Positions 45,816 through 56,626 of a stretch of 64,000 bases of DNA are shown here, one piece after another. The position numbers and the translations under genes are program-made. Source of the stretch: Acidimicrobiia bacterium (GTDB taxonomy: Bacteria > Actinomycetota > Acidimicrobiia > Acidimicrobiales > JANYDT01). The stretch is from the NCBI GenBank assembly GCA_031418035.1, contig JANOWU010000115.1, positions 2,758-66,757 of the forward strand. The letters are read 5' to 3'. The notes below the pieces were generated by a model, which was given only the letters and a program-made list of their open reading frames with translations, was not told where the DNA came from and did not search any database. How positions within the stretch are numbered: position 1 is the first letter of the stretch; the number at the start of each line of letters is the position of its first letter.

Positions 45816-46785
45816 GTGCTGCTCCGATCAGTTCGGTGATGGTGGTGATGGAATGATGCTGACACCAATCGCGGACCTCCCGAAGGATCCGTGCTGGTGC
45901 AGCCGGTTCGTAGAACGTAGCTGTCCCGACCTCAACTGCGTTGGCACCGGCCATCATGAGTTCGATTGCGTCGATTCCCCGGACGACGCCGCCTGCGCCG
46001 ACGATCGCGGCATGGGGATAGTGCTTGCGGGTTTCGAATATTGCTCGCACCGCGACCGGTCGGATCGCCGGGCCGCTCAATCCGCCGCCACCCGCGCCGA
46101 GTTTTGGACGCCGGGCCTCGATGTCGATGACCATTCCCATGACCGTGTTGATGAGGGTGAGGGCATCCGCTCCCGCATCGAGCGCTGCACCGGCGATATC
46201 GCTAAGCGCAGTGACGTTCGGGCTCAGCTTGGCCCAGATCGCCACATCAGGCCCGACCGCTTCTCGAACCGCGCCGATGACCGCGGTCGTCCCTTCAACG
46301 GAATGGCCGAACATGTGCCGTCGGTCTTCGATGTTCGGGCAGCTCACGTTGACCTCGACCGCCACGATTCCGTCGACGCCACGAAGTTTGCGCGCCGCGT
46401 CGTGGTAGGCGTCGACCGTGAACCCCCAGACGCTCGCCACCACCGCCGCCTCGTGTTTGAGCAGCATCGGAAGATCATGGGCGATCCAGTGGTCGACACC
46501 GTCATTTTGTAAGCCCACAGAGTTGATCATTCCGGCGTCGGTGCCCCACACGCGCGGGGGCGGATTCCCCGCCCACGGCTGCGCGCTCAGACTCTTCACG
46601 ACGACCGCCCCCAGCGCCGACAGATCGACGTGGTTCCGTAGTTCGGCACCGTGACCTGAGGTCCCGGCCGCCGTGAGGATCGGTGCCCGTAGCACGACGT
46701 TTGCGACGCGCGTCGTGAGATCTACTTCGTGATCAGACGTTTGATTACGCGCCGACGACGTTCCCGGCAGCCAACGTCGGCTCAT
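45808..46785 (-). CDS. pyrD: Dihydroorotate dehydrogenase, class 1-type catalytic subunit
   Basis: [27 protein letters not shown] and [12 protein letters not shown] motifs. The start overlaps the carB stop (ATGA). Confidence 0.85.
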   Translation of the reverse strand: MSRRWLPGTSSARNQTSDHEVDLTTRVANVVLRAPILTAAGTSGHGAELRNHVDLSALGAVVVKSLSAQPWAGNPPPRVWGTDAGMINSVGLQNDGVDHWIAHDLPMLLKHEAAVVASVWGFTVDAYHDAARKLRGVDGIVAVEVNVSCPNIEDRRHMFGHSVEGTTAVIGAVREAVGPDVAIWAKLSPNVTALSDIAGAALDAGADALTLINTVMGMVIDIEARRPKLGAGGGGLSGPAIRPVAVRAIFETRKHYPHAAIVGAGGVVRGIDAIELMMAGANAVEVGTATFYEPAAPARILREVRDWCQHHSITTITELIGAAHG

Positions 46786-49700
46786 AAGCCGAGGTATTCC
46801 TGCAGGCTCTTGACCTCAAATGGCTGGGAGGACCATTCATCGATTCCGCTCGCTGCGGCAATGGCCGAAGCGACCGTCGTCATCACGGGGATCTTGTTGA
46901 CGGTGCAGGCACGACGAATCTCGGCACCATCGGTCGAAGCGCTGCTCCCCCGCGGCGTGTTCACGACAAGCTTGATTTCGGAACGACGAATGAGGTCAAG
47001 AGCAGTTTCCTCGTCGCCGTCTTCGCTGATCTTTCGCAGCACCTGAGCGACAGCCACATTTCGCTCCTCGAGGAACCGGGCGGTGCCTGCTGTGGCAACG
47101 ATCTCCAGACCGTTTCGGGCAAAGGCGCGAACCGCGCTGACCGCACCCGCTTTGTCACGATCGGCCAGCGAGACGAACACTTTGCCCGACGAGGGAAGGC
47201 GATTCGACGCAGCGAGCTGGCTCTTCGCGAACGCCAACCCAAACGTGCGATCGATGCCCATGACTTCGCCGGTGGAACGCATCTCGGGTCCAAGGACCGG
47301 ATCTACCTCGGGGAAACGGGAGAACGGCAGCACGGCTTCCTTGACCGAGACATGACCACCCGTCACCGGCGCGGAAAGAAGGCCTTCGTCTCGGAGTTCG
47401 GCCAGCGTCGACCCAGTCATCACCCGGCTGGCCACCATCGCGAGCGGGACACCGGTTGCTTTCGCGACAAAGGGTACCGTCCGAGACGCCCGAGGATTGG
47501 CCTCCAGGACATAGACGGCACCGTCCTTCACGGCGTATTGAACGTTTATAAGTCCACGTACATCGAGCTTTTTCGCTATTGCTCGGGTGTGCAGCTCGAG
47601 CTCAGCAATAATCTGTGGACTTAGTGTCTGAGGCGGTATCGCGCACGCGCTGTCGCCGGAGTGGACGCCCGCTTGCTCGACGTGTTCCATGATCCCGCCG
47701 ATGACCACCTCGCCGACGGCGTCACGAATGGCGTCGACATCGACTTCGGTCGCATCGTCGAGGAACCGATCGATCAGCACCGGCCGTTCGGCGGACAGGC
47801 CACCCTCCTTGCCAAGTGATCCGTCTGTAGCCAGATCGGCCATCGCCTTGGTGAGGCCTGCGGCGTCGTGAATAATTTGCATCGCTCGGCCTCCGAGAAC
47901 GTACGACGGCCGAATGAGGACGGGATAACCGACACGTTCGGCGATCGCCAGAGCCGCCGGTACCTCGACCGCGGTTCCACCGGGCGGCTGCTCGATTCCG
48001 AGTTCGATGCAGAGCTGGTTCCACAACTCTCGGTCTTCGGCCGCGTCGATACTCGCCGGAGACGTCCCCGCGATCAATTCCGCAGGCAGGATGCCAGCAA
48101 GCTTCAACGGGGTCTGGCCTCCCAAGCTGACGATGACAAACTCCGGCTTTTCGGCCTCGATGACGTTCATCACGTCTTCGTACGTCAACGGTTCGAAGTA
48201 CAGCCGGTCACTGGTGTCGTAATCGGTCGAGACCGTCTCCGGGTTGCAGTTGATCATGATCGTGTCAAAGCCGGCGGCGCGCAAGGCGTACGACGCGTGA
48301 ACGCAGCAGTAGTCGAACTCGATACCTTGACCGATTCGGTTGGGACCCGATCCGAGAATCACCACCTTGCGGTTGTCCGACGGAACGACCTCCGTGGAGT
48401 CTTCGTAGGTCGAATAGTGATACGGCGTGGAGGAGTCAAACTCTGCTGCACACGTATCAACCGTCTTGAATACGGCGGTCACACCCATTCCGGTGCGGAT
48501 CGACCGGACCTCACTCTCAGAGCAACGCCAGATGTAGGCAAGCTGAGCATCGGAGAACCCGAGGCGCTTTGCCCGTCGCCACTGTGCCTTCGACATTTCG
48601 CTCGGTCCGACAACGCGTTCGAGCTCGTGTCGTTGCTCGATAATCAACAGCATCTGGTCAAGGAACCACGGATCGATCCAATTCGCTGCGTAGACCTCTT
48701 CGATGGAGACGCCACGCCGCAGCACTTCGCCGACCAGGAACAAACGATCCGGAGTCGCAATTGCGGTTCGCGCCAGCAGTTCCTCTGTCGAGAGAAACGC
48801 ATAGTTCTCCTCTGCCGGATCGGCGTTCAGGCCATAGCGACCGAGTTCGAGCGATCGCAGCGCCTTCTGCAACGACTCCGGGAACGTCCGACCGATCGCC
48901 ATCACCTCGCCCACAGACTGCATACGTGTACCGAGGACCCCCGAGGATCCCGGAAGCTTTTCGAATGCCCACCGTGGAACCTTGGTGACGACGTAGTCAA
49001 TGACTGGCTCGAACGATGCCAAGGTCGTTTTCGTGATGTCGTTCGGGATTTCGTCGAGGGTGTAGCCAACGGCCAAACGCGCCGCGATTTTTGCGATCGG
49101 GAAGCCGGTCGCCTTCGACGCCAACGCGCTGCTTCGTGACACGCGGGGGTTCATCTCGATGACGACCATGTCGCCGTTCGCCGGATTGATCGCGAATTGG
49201 ACGTTGGATCCGCCGGTGTCAACGCCGATACGGCGGATGCAGGCAAAGGCGGCATCGCGCATCTTTTGATACTCGACGTCGCTCAACGTCTGGGCCGGTG
49301 CAACCGTGATCGAATCGCCGGTATGCACACCCATCGGGTCCACATTCTCGATGGAGCAGATAATGACGCAGTTGTCGGCCTTGTCACGTATCACCTCCAG
49401 CTCGTATTCCTTCCAACCGGCGATCGAGCACTCCACAAGAATCTCGCCGATCGGCGACGCCGCAAGACCTTCGACGGCAAGCTTGCGTAGCTGCGTCGCA
49501 TCGTGCGCAATTCCGGTACCTGCGCCGCCGAGGATGTACGACGGGCGGATGATGATCGGAAACCCGATGGACTCCGCAACCAACATCGCCTCATCAAGGT
49601 TGTACGCAAACCCGGACTTCGGAACGGCAAGGCCGATTTCTTCCATTGCTGCTTTGAACTGCTCACGGTTCTCCGCGGTTTCGATCGCGATGGCGTTCGC

Positions 49701-50051
49701 ACCGATCATTTCGACGCCGTACTTTTCGAGAATCCCCGACTGTGAAAGCTCCATCGCGAGGTTGAGTGCGGTTTGGCCACCCACCGTCGGCAACAACGCA
49801 TCGGGACGTTCACGGGCGATGATCGCTTCGAGAATGGCGGCATCGAGCGGTTCGATGTAGGTACGGTCCGCAAACGACGGGTCCGTCATGATCGTCGCCG
49901 GGTTCGAGTTCGCCAGAATGACGAAGAACCCCTCTTCCTTGAGCACACGACAGGCCTGGGTGCCTGAGTAGTCGAACTCACATGCCTGCCCAATGATGAT
50001 CGGGCCGGAACCGATCAGGAGGATGCGCTGGATATCGGTGCGCTTCGGCAT
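46782..50051 (-). CDS. carB: Carbamoyl-phosphate synthase large subunit
   Basis: 1089 aa with a duplicated ATP-grasp and N-terminus [33 protein letters not shown]. Confidence 0.95.
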   Translation of the reverse strand: MPKRTDIQRILLIGSGPIIIGQACEFDYSGTQACRVLKEEGFFVILANSNPATIMTDPSFADRTYIEPLDAAILEAIIARERPDALLPTVGGQTALNLAMELSQSGILEKYGVEMIGANAIAIETAENREQFKAAMEEIGLAVPKSGFAYNLDEAMLVAESIGFPIIIRPSYILGGAGTGIAHDATQLRKLAVEGLAASPIGEILVECSIAGWKEYELEVIRDKADNCVIICSIENVDPMGVHTGDSITVAPAQTLSDVEYQKMRDAAFACIRRIGVDTGGSNVQFAINPANGDMVVIEMNPRVSRSSALASKATGFPIAKIAARLAVGYTLDEIPNDITKTTLASFEPVIDYVVTKVPRWAFEKLPGSSGVLGTRMQSVGEVMAIGRTFPESLQKALRSLELGRYGLNADPAEENYAFLSTEELLARTAIATPDRLFLVGEVLRRGVSIEEVYAANWIDPWFLDQMLLIIEQRHELERVVGPSEMSKAQWRRAKRLGFSDAQLAYIWRCSESEVRSIRTGMGVTAVFKTVDTCAAEFDSSTPYHYSTYEDSTEVVPSDNRKVVILGSGPNRIGQGIEFDYCCVHASYALRAAGFDTIMINCNPETVSTDYDTSDRLYFEPLTYEDVMNVIEAEKPEFVIVSLGGQTPLKLAGILPAELIAGTSPASIDAAEDRELWNQLCIELGIEQPPGGTAVEVPAALAIAERVGYPVLIRPSYVLGGRAMQIIHDAAGLTKAMADLATDGSLGKEGGLSAERPVLIDRFLDDATEVDVDAIRDAVGEVVIGGIMEHVEQAGVHSGDSACAIPPQTLSPQIIAELELHTRAIAKKLDVRGLINVQYAVKDGAVYVLEANPRASRTVPFVAKATGVPLAMVASRVMTGSTLAELRDEGLLSAPVTGGHVSVKEAVLPFSRFPEVDPVLGPEMRSTGEVMGIDRTFGLAFAKSQLAASNRLPSSGKVFVSLADRDKAGAVSAVRAFARNGLEIVATAGTARFLEERNVAVAQVLRKISEDGDEETALDLIRRSEIKLVVNTPRGSSASTDGAEIRRACTVNKIPVMTTVASAIAAASGIDEWSSQPFEVKSLQEYLGL

Positions 50052-51178
50052 CAGACACCGGCCTTTGCGGTCGGTGACAGTGAGGCATCGCCATGAAACT
50101 TCAACATGAGCTGTCGGAACTCCTCGAAGAGATATTGCGATTCGTGCGGCCCGGGAGCCGCCTCAGGATGGTGTTGCACGCTGAACGCCGGAATGTCGAG
50201 GCACGACAAACCTTCGATGACGCCATCGTTGAGGTTCACGTGCGTCACGTCGGCTCGTGGCACCGAGTCGGGCACAACCGCGAAGTTGTGGTTCTGCGAA
50301 GTGATTTCGACCCGACCGGTGGGAACGTGTCGAACGGGGTGATTCCCACCGTGGTGGCCAAACGGCAACTTGAAGGTCGAACCACCAAGGGCGGCCGCCA
50401 TCAGCTGATGACCCAGACAGATTCCGAACACCGGAACCTCGCCGAGAAGTTGTTTGATCTCTTGCGTTGCGTAGCCGTATACGTCGGGGTCACCGGGCCC
50501 ATTCGACAGGAACAAGCCGTGGGGGTCATATGCGCGCACATCATTCGCGCTTGTAAAGCCCGGAACCACCGTCACTGTTGCGTCGGTGATCGAGGCCAGG
50601 TACGCAACGATGGAACGCTTGATGCCGAAGTCGTAGGCAACAACTCGCAGCGGGCCGTCGCCGATCGTGAACGGTTGTCGGGTGGTGACGAACTCGACAA
50701 GATCGACGCCGTTCGTCCCCTTCTCCGCTTTCGCAGCGGCGAGCAACTCGTCATACGACACCGTGCCGAACGCCCCGTTCATCGCGCCGCTCTCCCGAAG
50801 GTGTCTGGTCAATCGCCGTGTGTCGATCCCCGAGATCGCGGCCACATTCCAATTCTCCATGAACGCCTGAAGGTCTCCGTCCGCGCGCCAGTTGCTGTGA
50901 CGTCGAGCCATCTCACGCATGATGACGCCACGGCAGTACGGCTGCAGTGCTTCGTCGTCATCGGCGGTGGTGCCGTAGTTGCCAATGTGCGGGTAGGTGA
51001 AGGTGATGATCTGGCCGGCGTAGGAGGGGTCCGTGATGACCTCCTGGTAGCCGCTCAGGACCGTGTTGAACACGACCTCGCCAGTGGAGATGCCCGAGTA
51101 CGGCAGGTACCCGACAGCTTCACCTTCGTAGCTGCTTCCATCGGCAAGTACAAGCAGGGAAGGGGTGGGTGCGGTCAT
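50051..51178 (-). CDS. carA: Carbamoyl-phosphate synthase small (glutaminase) subunit
   Basis: GICLGHQL catalytic Cys motif and a HNFAV/QHHPEA triad region. Overlaps the carB start by 1 nt. Confidence 0.95.
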   Translation of the reverse strand: MTAPTPSLLVLADGSSYEGEAVGYLPYSGISTGEVVFNTVLSGYQEVITDPSYAGQIITFTYPHIGNYGTTADDDEALQPYCRGVIMREMARRHSNWRADGDLQAFMENWNVAAISGIDTRRLTRHLRESGAMNGAFGTVSYDELLAAAKAEKGTNGVDLVEFVTTRQPFTIGDGPLRVVAYDFGIKRSIVAYLASITDATVTVVPGFTSANDVRAYDPHGLFLSNGPGDPDVYGYATQEIKQLLGEVPVFGICLGHQLMAAALGGSTFKLPFGHHGGNHPVRHVPTGRVEITSQNHNFAVVPDSVPRADVTHVNLNDGVIEGLSCLDIPAFSVQHHPEAAPGPHESQYLFEEFRQLMLKFHGDASLSPTAKAGV

Positions 51179-52476
51179 CGTTGAGCCTCGCTATTCGTGA
51201 CAGTCGGAATCCCGTGGAGGATGGTGTGGCGGACAACGCCAAGCAGCGTTCGCCCGGCGTAAGGAGTGTTCCGAGCCTTCGAGGCCAGCGTCGACGCGTC
51301 GACCGTCCACGTGGCGGCAGGGTCGATGACGCACACGTTGGCGAGTCGCCCGACCGCCAGGGCCCCGTGGTCTGCGCCGATCTGGGCGATTCGAGCAGGA
51401 CCGGTGGAGAGCAGCGCGAAGATTCGCTCGATCGGGAGTTGCAGCTCGGTGATCGCGACCGACACTGCTGTCTGCAGTCCCAACATCCCGGGAGGAGCCT
51501 CGAGCATCGGACGTTCTTTCGTCTCGGGCGAATGTGGGGCATGGTCGGTGGCGATCGCGTCGATCGTCCCATCGGCCAGCCCGGCTTTCACCGCAGCGAC
51601 ATCGACGTCGGTTCGAAGGGGCGGGTGCACTTTGAAGACCGTGTCGTAGTTCTGGAGACACGCGTCGGTGAGGGAAAAGTGGTGCGGTGCCGCTTCGGCA
51701 GTTACCGGGAGCCCATCGGCTTTGGCCCGGCGAATCAACTCCACCGATCCGGCCGTCGACATGTGCAGGAAGTGGACAGGCGCGCCAGTTCGGCGACACA
51801 GGGCGATGTCGCGCATCACCATGAGTTCCTCTGCTTCTGCAGGTTGACCAGGCAGGCCGAGTTTCGAGGACCATGCACCTTCGTGCATGACGCCACCTTC
51901 GCTCAGTGCCGCATCCTCGCAGTGTTGGGCCAGGACGACACCGAAGGCGCTCGCGTACTCGAGCGCTCGACGCATCAGTCGGTTGTTCTGAACACCTGCG
52001 CCGTCGTCGGTGAAGATCCGCACCCCGAGTTCCGCCATCTCGCCTATCGGAGCGAGCTGTTCACCGGCTCGACCAATCGTGATCGCCCCGGCAACGTGGA
52101 CATCGCACAGCCCGGCGGCCAGCCCTAGAGCCAGGACCTGTTTGACGACCGCAGCGTTGTCGATCGCCGGCGTCGTGTTGGGCATCGCAACGATTGCGGT
52201 GTAACCGCCGAGCGCCGCAGCGCGCGACCCCGTTTCCACCGTCTCCGCAGCTTCATTGCCCGGTTCGCGAAGGTGGGCATGGAGGTCGACCAGCCCGGGG
52301 CCAACGACACATCCGGAGGCGTCAATGGTCGATGCCGACGACGGCACATCAATATGTGCACTTATTTCTACGATCTTCCCGTCGACGATCAACACATCGT
52401 TCTTCGAGGCGGGTCGCTCGCTACCGTCGACGACGAGGCCCCCACGAATCGCGATCACTGTGTCCTTCTTCTTCAT
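51175..52476 (-). CDS. pyrC: Dihydroorotase
   Basis: VDLHAHLREPG metal-binding motif and DHAPH. There are 4-nt overlaps on both sides. Confidence 0.9.
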   Translation of the reverse strand: MKKKDTVIAIRGGLVVDGSERPASKNDVLIVDGKIVEISAHIDVPSSASTIDASGCVVGPGLVDLHAHLREPGNEAAETVETGSRAAALGGYTAIVAMPNTTPAIDNAAVVKQVLALGLAAGLCDVHVAGAITIGRAGEQLAPIGEMAELGVRIFTDDGAGVQNNRLMRRALEYASAFGVVLAQHCEDAALSEGGVMHEGAWSSKLGLPGQPAEAEELMVMRDIALCRRTGAPVHFLHMSTAGSVELIRRAKADGLPVTAEAAPHHFSLTDACLQNYDTVFKVHPPLRTDVDVAAVKAGLADGTIDAIATDHAPHSPETKERPMLEAPPGMLGLQTAVSVAITELQLPIERIFALLSTGPARIAQIGADHGALAVGRLANVCVIDPAATWTVDASTLASKARNTPYAGRTLLGVVRHTILHGIPTVTNSEAQR

Positions 52477-53402
52477 GATGCCCCTCCGGTAAGCAACTCG
52501 AACAAAACCGCCATACGCACGGCGACACCATTGGCGACCTGCTGCGTGATCACCGTATTCTCCCGATCAGGTACATGCGCCCCAATTTCGACCCCTCGAT
52601 TCATCGGGCCCGGATGCATGACCAAGACGTCGTCGCGCATCTTCTTTGCGCGCTCGTCGGTCAATCCGTATCGAGACGTGTACTCGCGCAATGACGGGAC
52701 AAGCGCTTCGGTTGTGCGCTCGAGCTGCATTCTCAACAGGTACACCACGTCGACTCGGCTCAGCACCGCGTCGAGTTCGTGCTCGATCTTCACGGGCCAC
52801 CCATCGGTCGAGGGCGGGAGGAGGGTCGGCGGCCCGACCAAGGTCACATCTGCGCCCATGGCCGTGAACGCGTCGACGTTCGACCGTGCCACTCGAGAGT
52901 GTTTGATGTCACCGACGATGGCGATCGAGCGCCCGTGCAGTGCGCCAAGACGTTCTCTGATCGTGTAGCAGTCGAGAAGAGCCTGGGTCGGGTGCTGGTG
53001 CCAGCCGTCTCCACCATTGACCACACTCGCGTTCGTCCAGCCGGCGATCTGGAGCGGAACACCCGCCGACTTGTGTCGTACGACCAGCGCGTCGATCCCC
53101 ATGGCTTCGATTGTTTCGACGGTGTCGCGCAGCGACTCGCCTTTGTTGGCGCTGCTGGTCGAGACGCTGAAGGTCATCACGTCGGCGCTCAGTCGTCGGG
53201 CTGCAGTCTCGAAGCTCAATCGCGTTCTGGTTGAGTCTTCATAGAACAGCGAGACGACGGTCTTTCCCTGCAATGCGGGAACCTTGGGCACGCGTCGCTG
53301 ACTCACCTCGACGAACCGGTCGGTGAGCGTCATGAGATGCTCGATACCTTCACGTCCGAGCTGATCGATCGACAACAGATGCTTGAGCCCGAGCGTGCTC
53401 AT
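52473..53402 (-). CDS. pyrB: Aspartate carbamoyltransferase catalytic subunit
   Basis: STRTRLSFE, HPTQALLD and HPGPMNRG motifs. Confidence 0.95.
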   Translation of the reverse strand: MSTLGLKHLLSIDQLGREGIEHLMTLTDRFVEVSQRRVPKVPALQGKTVVSLFYEDSTRTRLSFETAARRLSADVMTFSVSTSSANKGESLRDTVETIEAMGIDALVVRHKSAGVPLQIAGWTNASVVNGGDGWHQHPTQALLDCYTIRERLGALHGRSIAIVGDIKHSRVARSNVDAFTAMGADVTLVGPPTLLPPSTDGWPVKIEHELDAVLSRVDVVYLLRMQLERTTEALVPSLREYTSRYGLTDERAKKMRDDVLVMHPGPMNRGVEIGAHVPDRENTVITQQVANGVAVRMAVLFELLTGGAS

Positions 53403-54007
53403 GCGATCACCACCCCTTCAGGAGTTGCGACCACACGCTCGGTGCGCGAGGTCGGCAAGTTCTTTCCGACATAGTCCGGACGAATCGGGAGCTCGCGATG
53501 GCCACGATCGACCATCACCGCGAGTTGTACGGATTTCGGACGACCATATGCGCGCATGGCATCTAGGGCGGCCCGCACGGTTCGACCGGTGTAGAGGACA
53601 TCGTCGACGAGCACGACGATTTTGTCGTCGACTTCGAAGGGCAACAGGCTTGCGCTTGGCGTAACCGGTCGCAGACCGAGGTCGTCTCGGTAGAAGCTCA
53701 CGTCGAGCGTTCCGAAAGGCACGTGCTCATCGAGGCTTCCGAGCGCGAGAGAAAGGGCCTCGGCCAACCAGGCGCCGCCTTTGAGCAATCCCACCAGCAC
53801 GACGTCGTGCGTGCCGTGGTTTCTCTCGACGATTTCGTGGGCCATCCGACGGACGGCTCGGCCGATCGCCTCGGCGTCGAGGACGACGTTCCCGGCGCCG
53901 TTGCCGGACGGAGCGTTGCCACCCGCCGCAGGCGCCCCCGAAACAACTGCCCCAGATACAACAATGCCGCCCGGAGGGGGCGGCGAAGAAGAAGACTTAT
54001 GCGACAT
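53399..54007 (-). CDS. pyrR: Bifunctional pyr operon regulator / uracil phosphoribosyltransferase
   Basis: IVVLVDDVLYTGRTVRAAL PRPP-binding motif. It is the first gene of the pyr operon and overlaps pyrB by 4 nt. The N-terminus is low-complexity Gly/Ala/Ser. Confidence 0.9.
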   Translation of the reverse strand: MSHKSSSSPPPPGGIVVSGAVVSGAPAAGGNAPSGNGAGNVVLDAEAIGRAVRRMAHEIVERNHGTHDVVLVGLLKGGAWLAEALSLALGSLDEHVPFGTLDVSFYRDDLGLRPVTPSASLLPFEVDDKIVVLVDDVLYTGRTVRAALDAMRAYGRPKSVQLAVMVDRGHRELPIRPDYVGKNLPTSRTERVVATPEGVVIA

Positions 54008-54018
54008 CTGGCTCCTGA

Positions 54019-54049
54019 CCGTGCGAGCCTCACGGGACTCGCTTCACGG
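54019..54049 (-). promoter_or_regulatory. Candidate PyrR-binding hairpin just upstream of the pyrR RBS
   Basis: The reverse-strand RNA CCGUGAAGCGAG-UCCCGUGAGG-CUCGCACGG is followed by UCAGGAGCCAGAUG. The loop region AGUCCCGUGAGGCU resembles the PyrR box (R-UCC-N-G-N-GAGGCU). Confidence 0.55.
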
Positions 54050-54090
54050 ACGCACCGACAATAGCGCGCCCAACTCAACCGCCGTTTCGA

Positions 54091-54245
54091 ATCAACTCCA
54101 ACTCCAACTTCGGGTCAGGTCAACTCCAACTTCGGGTGCGATCAACTCCAACTCGGGGTTTTTCGGGCCGAAACGAGGCGATTTTGGGCGGGTTGGAGTG
54201 AAACCACCCCCGAGTTGGAGTGAAACCACCCCCGAGTTGGCGCCA
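54091..54245. repeat. Composite direct/inverted repeat element
   Basis: Three direct copies of CAACTCCAACT(T)CGGG (ending 54115; 54121-54137; 54143-54158). These are followed by two exact 22-nt copies of GTTGGAGTGAAACCACCCCCGA (54192-54213, 54214-54235) that are partly complementary to them. Confidence 0.85.
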
Positions 54246-54275
54246 AGCTCACACGGGAGCACGCCCACCGCGAAA

Positions 54276-55055
54276 CTACGAGCGACGCAACCGATTACGC
54301 AGCGTGCCCGCCTGGGCCCGAACTCGGTCGCGGGTGCCCATCGGGAGCGACCGTTCGGTCTCCTTGATCGGGTCGCGCTGGACGGACCCGAAATAGAGCG
54401 TCGCAGTTCGGCCCACCGACGTGACCAACGCGCGGTTCCCCAAGGCACCGACCCCCGCGCCGATACCGAGGGGAAGCAACGTCGCCAACTTCACAGCCAG
54501 CTCCTTCGTGGCCAGCTTCTCGATGACCTTTACCCCGACACGCCCCGCCACGACGTCGTTCACGCGGCTGACGGCAGGGAGCGTCGTGCGTGCGCCAACG
54601 GCACGTTTTCCGAGCATCTTCTTCATCTCGCCGGCCTTGCGCTCGCTGGCGTTCAACTGAGATTCAGCACCCCCCAGGACCGCGTAGACGTGCTGTTTGC
54701 GCACCTCTACCCCAGCTAGGTCGACGTCGTAGGCAAGTCCAATCGCCAAGATCATGGTCGAGATCCGAGCGAACGCGATCCCAACGTCGGCCGCCCCCGT
54801 GGCCAACGAGGTCGCCGTACCCACCGCTGGCGCCATCGCAATCGCACCACTGAGTGCCCCCATCCCGGCCATTTCCTTGGCGACGCGTTTCACGATCGCG
54901 GCCGCGATCACAGGCGACGCACCGTTGGGTTGGCCGACCCGCGCCTTTTCGAGCATTGCGTGCGCGTCGCCGAGGCGGTTCTCGACGACGTAGTCAACAG
55001 CTCGGACTGCGACGCGACCGACCTGGGCCGACGCTTTGGAGAGGGGGTTTGACAA
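54276..55055 (-). CDS. Hypothetical protein, EcsC-like
   Basis: TTG start with AAGGA upstream. Gly/Ala-rich hydrophobic core GMGALSGAIAMAPAVGTATSLATGAADVGIAFARISTMILAIGLAYDVDL resembles the EcsC family pattern as I recall it. Confidence 0.45.
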   Translation of the reverse strand: MSNPLSKASAQVGRVAVRAVDYVVENRLGDAHAMLEKARVGQPNGASPVIAAAIVKRVAKEMAGMGALSGAIAMAPAVGTATSLATGAADVGIAFARISTMILAIGLAYDVDLAGVEVRKQHVYAVLGGAESQLNASERKAGEMKKMLGKRAVGARTTLPAVSRVNDVVAGRVGVKVIEKLATKELAVKLATLLPLGIGAGVGALGNRALVTSVGRTATLYFGSVQRDPIKETERSLPMGTRDRVRAQAGTLRNRLRRS

Positions 55056-55238
55056 CGGACATCCTTTTTTCGACCGTCAGGCCACTTGCACAACATCGGA
55101 TGGTCCCCAAGCATTCCATCCCCGGCAACCGGGACCGGGCACAGACAGCCAACGAGCCAACGAGCCAACGAGCGGACAACAACATGCAGTCCCTGCACGG
55201 GGACCCACCCATTCGAACCATTCATTAATTCTGGGGGC

Positions 55239-56606
55239 GTGGGTCTTTCGACCTATGCCGAAGTCCTTTCCATGGTTTCTCGTTCAGACGCACTGCACCT
55301 GTTCCGACGAACCGGGCTCACGCTCCCCGCCGCACAGGTCACGCCGCTGCTGTCTCTCACCCGGGCGCAACTCGTGGACTGGGTCTTCGACTTCAACCAG
55401 AATGCGGCAGTGACCTTCAGCCCGCCGGGCGACGACTGGTCCGCGATGCAGGCGACGCGCGTCTGGTGGGTGAATCGGATGGTCACTGCACCGAGGCCGC
55501 TCCAGGAACGGCTCACGCTGTTTTGGCACAACCACTTTGCGACCGCCCAACGCAAGGTCGGCAGTGCGCAGCTGATGTGGACACAGAACCAGATTTTTCG
55601 TAATCAGGGCCTCGGCGATTTCAACTCGCTTATCAAGAACGTATCGATCGATCCCGCCATGCTCATTTGGCTCGACGGCGAATACAGCACGAGTTGGGGT
55701 CCAAACGAAAACTTTTCGCGTGAACTTCTCGAACTGTTCCTTCTTGGCGTGAACAACGGGTACACCGAAAACGACGTTCGCGAGATGGCGCGCGCCTGGA
55801 CCGGCCACACACTCGACCGCGACGCCAACTACAACGTCATCGGACATGTCTTCAGCGGATCCACGCACGATAGCGGTCAGAAGACGATTTTTGGATCGAC
55901 CTCGAACTGGGAGGGACTCAACCTTCTCGACGCCATGATCGTGAGTGGCGGGTCCCTGAACAACATGCGGCCACTCGTTGCGCGACACGTCGCCCGCAAA
56001 CTATGGACGTGGTTCGCCAGTCCCAATGCCAACGCTGCATTGGTCAGTCAGCTCGGAACCATGTTGGCGTCGACGCCGGGAATGAACATCGGAACCTTTC
56101 TGCGGGCCATGTTCAATATGGACGAGTTCTACGCAGACGATGTGAAGGCCGGGTTGCTCCGCGATCCGCTGCTGTGGCTTGCCTCGATGTTGCGTGCGGC
56201 CAGGCTCACGTTCGAACAAGCGAACATCGAGTGGTACCTCGATCAACTCTCGATGGTGCCGTTTGAACCACCGAACGTTTCAGGGTGGCGGTCCAACACC
56301 AGTTGGATGTCGGTGACGGCGTTCTGGAAGCGCGCCGAGATCGCCTACTCAGTCTTTTCCACTGCACAACAAACCGTCGACGACGGCGGCAGCTTCTTCC
56401 TCGGCGGCACAGAAGGATTGACGCCAGCGCAGGTCGTTGCCCTTGCCATCGATCAGTTCGGCGACGACCGAATCGCGCCGGGGTCACCGACGTGGGACGC
56501 GCTCGTCGGATTGGTCAACCTCGATCGCAATGGCAACGCAAGCTGGGCACAGCGAGCCAACCTTGGGCGCACGATCGCCATCAGCCCCGAATATTCACTG
56601 GCCTAG
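55239..56606 (+). CDS. DUF1800-family protein
   Basis: RLTLFWHNHFAT is the hallmark DUF1800 motif. The start is uncertain (GTG 55239 or ATG 55272); the track ORF's first about 50 aa look non-coding. Confidence 0.75.
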   Translation: MGLSTYAEVLSMVSRSDALHLFRRTGLTLPAAQVTPLLSLTRAQLVDWVFDFNQNAAVTFSPPGDDWSAMQATRVWWVNRMVTAPRPLQERLTLFWHNHFATAQRKVGSAQLMWTQNQIFRNQGLGDFNSLIKNVSIDPAMLIWLDGEYSTSWGPNENFSRELLELFLLGVNNGYTENDVREMARAWTGHTLDRDANYNVIGHVFSGSTHDSGQKTIFGSTSNWEGLNLLDAMIVSGGSLNNMRPLVARHVARKLWTWFASPNANAALVSQLGTMLASTPGMNIGTFLRAMFNMDEFYADDVKAGLLRDPLLWLASMLRAARLTFEQANIEWYLDQLSMVPFEPPNVSGWRSNTSWMSVTAFWKRAEIAYSVFSTAQQTVDDGGSFFLGGTEGLTPAQVVALAIDQFGDDRIAPGSPTWDALVGLVNLDRNGNASWAQRANLGRTIAISPEYSLA

Positions 56607-56626
56607 GTCCGGAGTCGACGATTACT

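Noticed and set aside
54092-54448. 118-aa minus-strand ORF spanning the repeat element
   Set aside because: It is composed of translated repeats and overlaps the 3' end of the EcsC-like gene. It has no RBS or motif.
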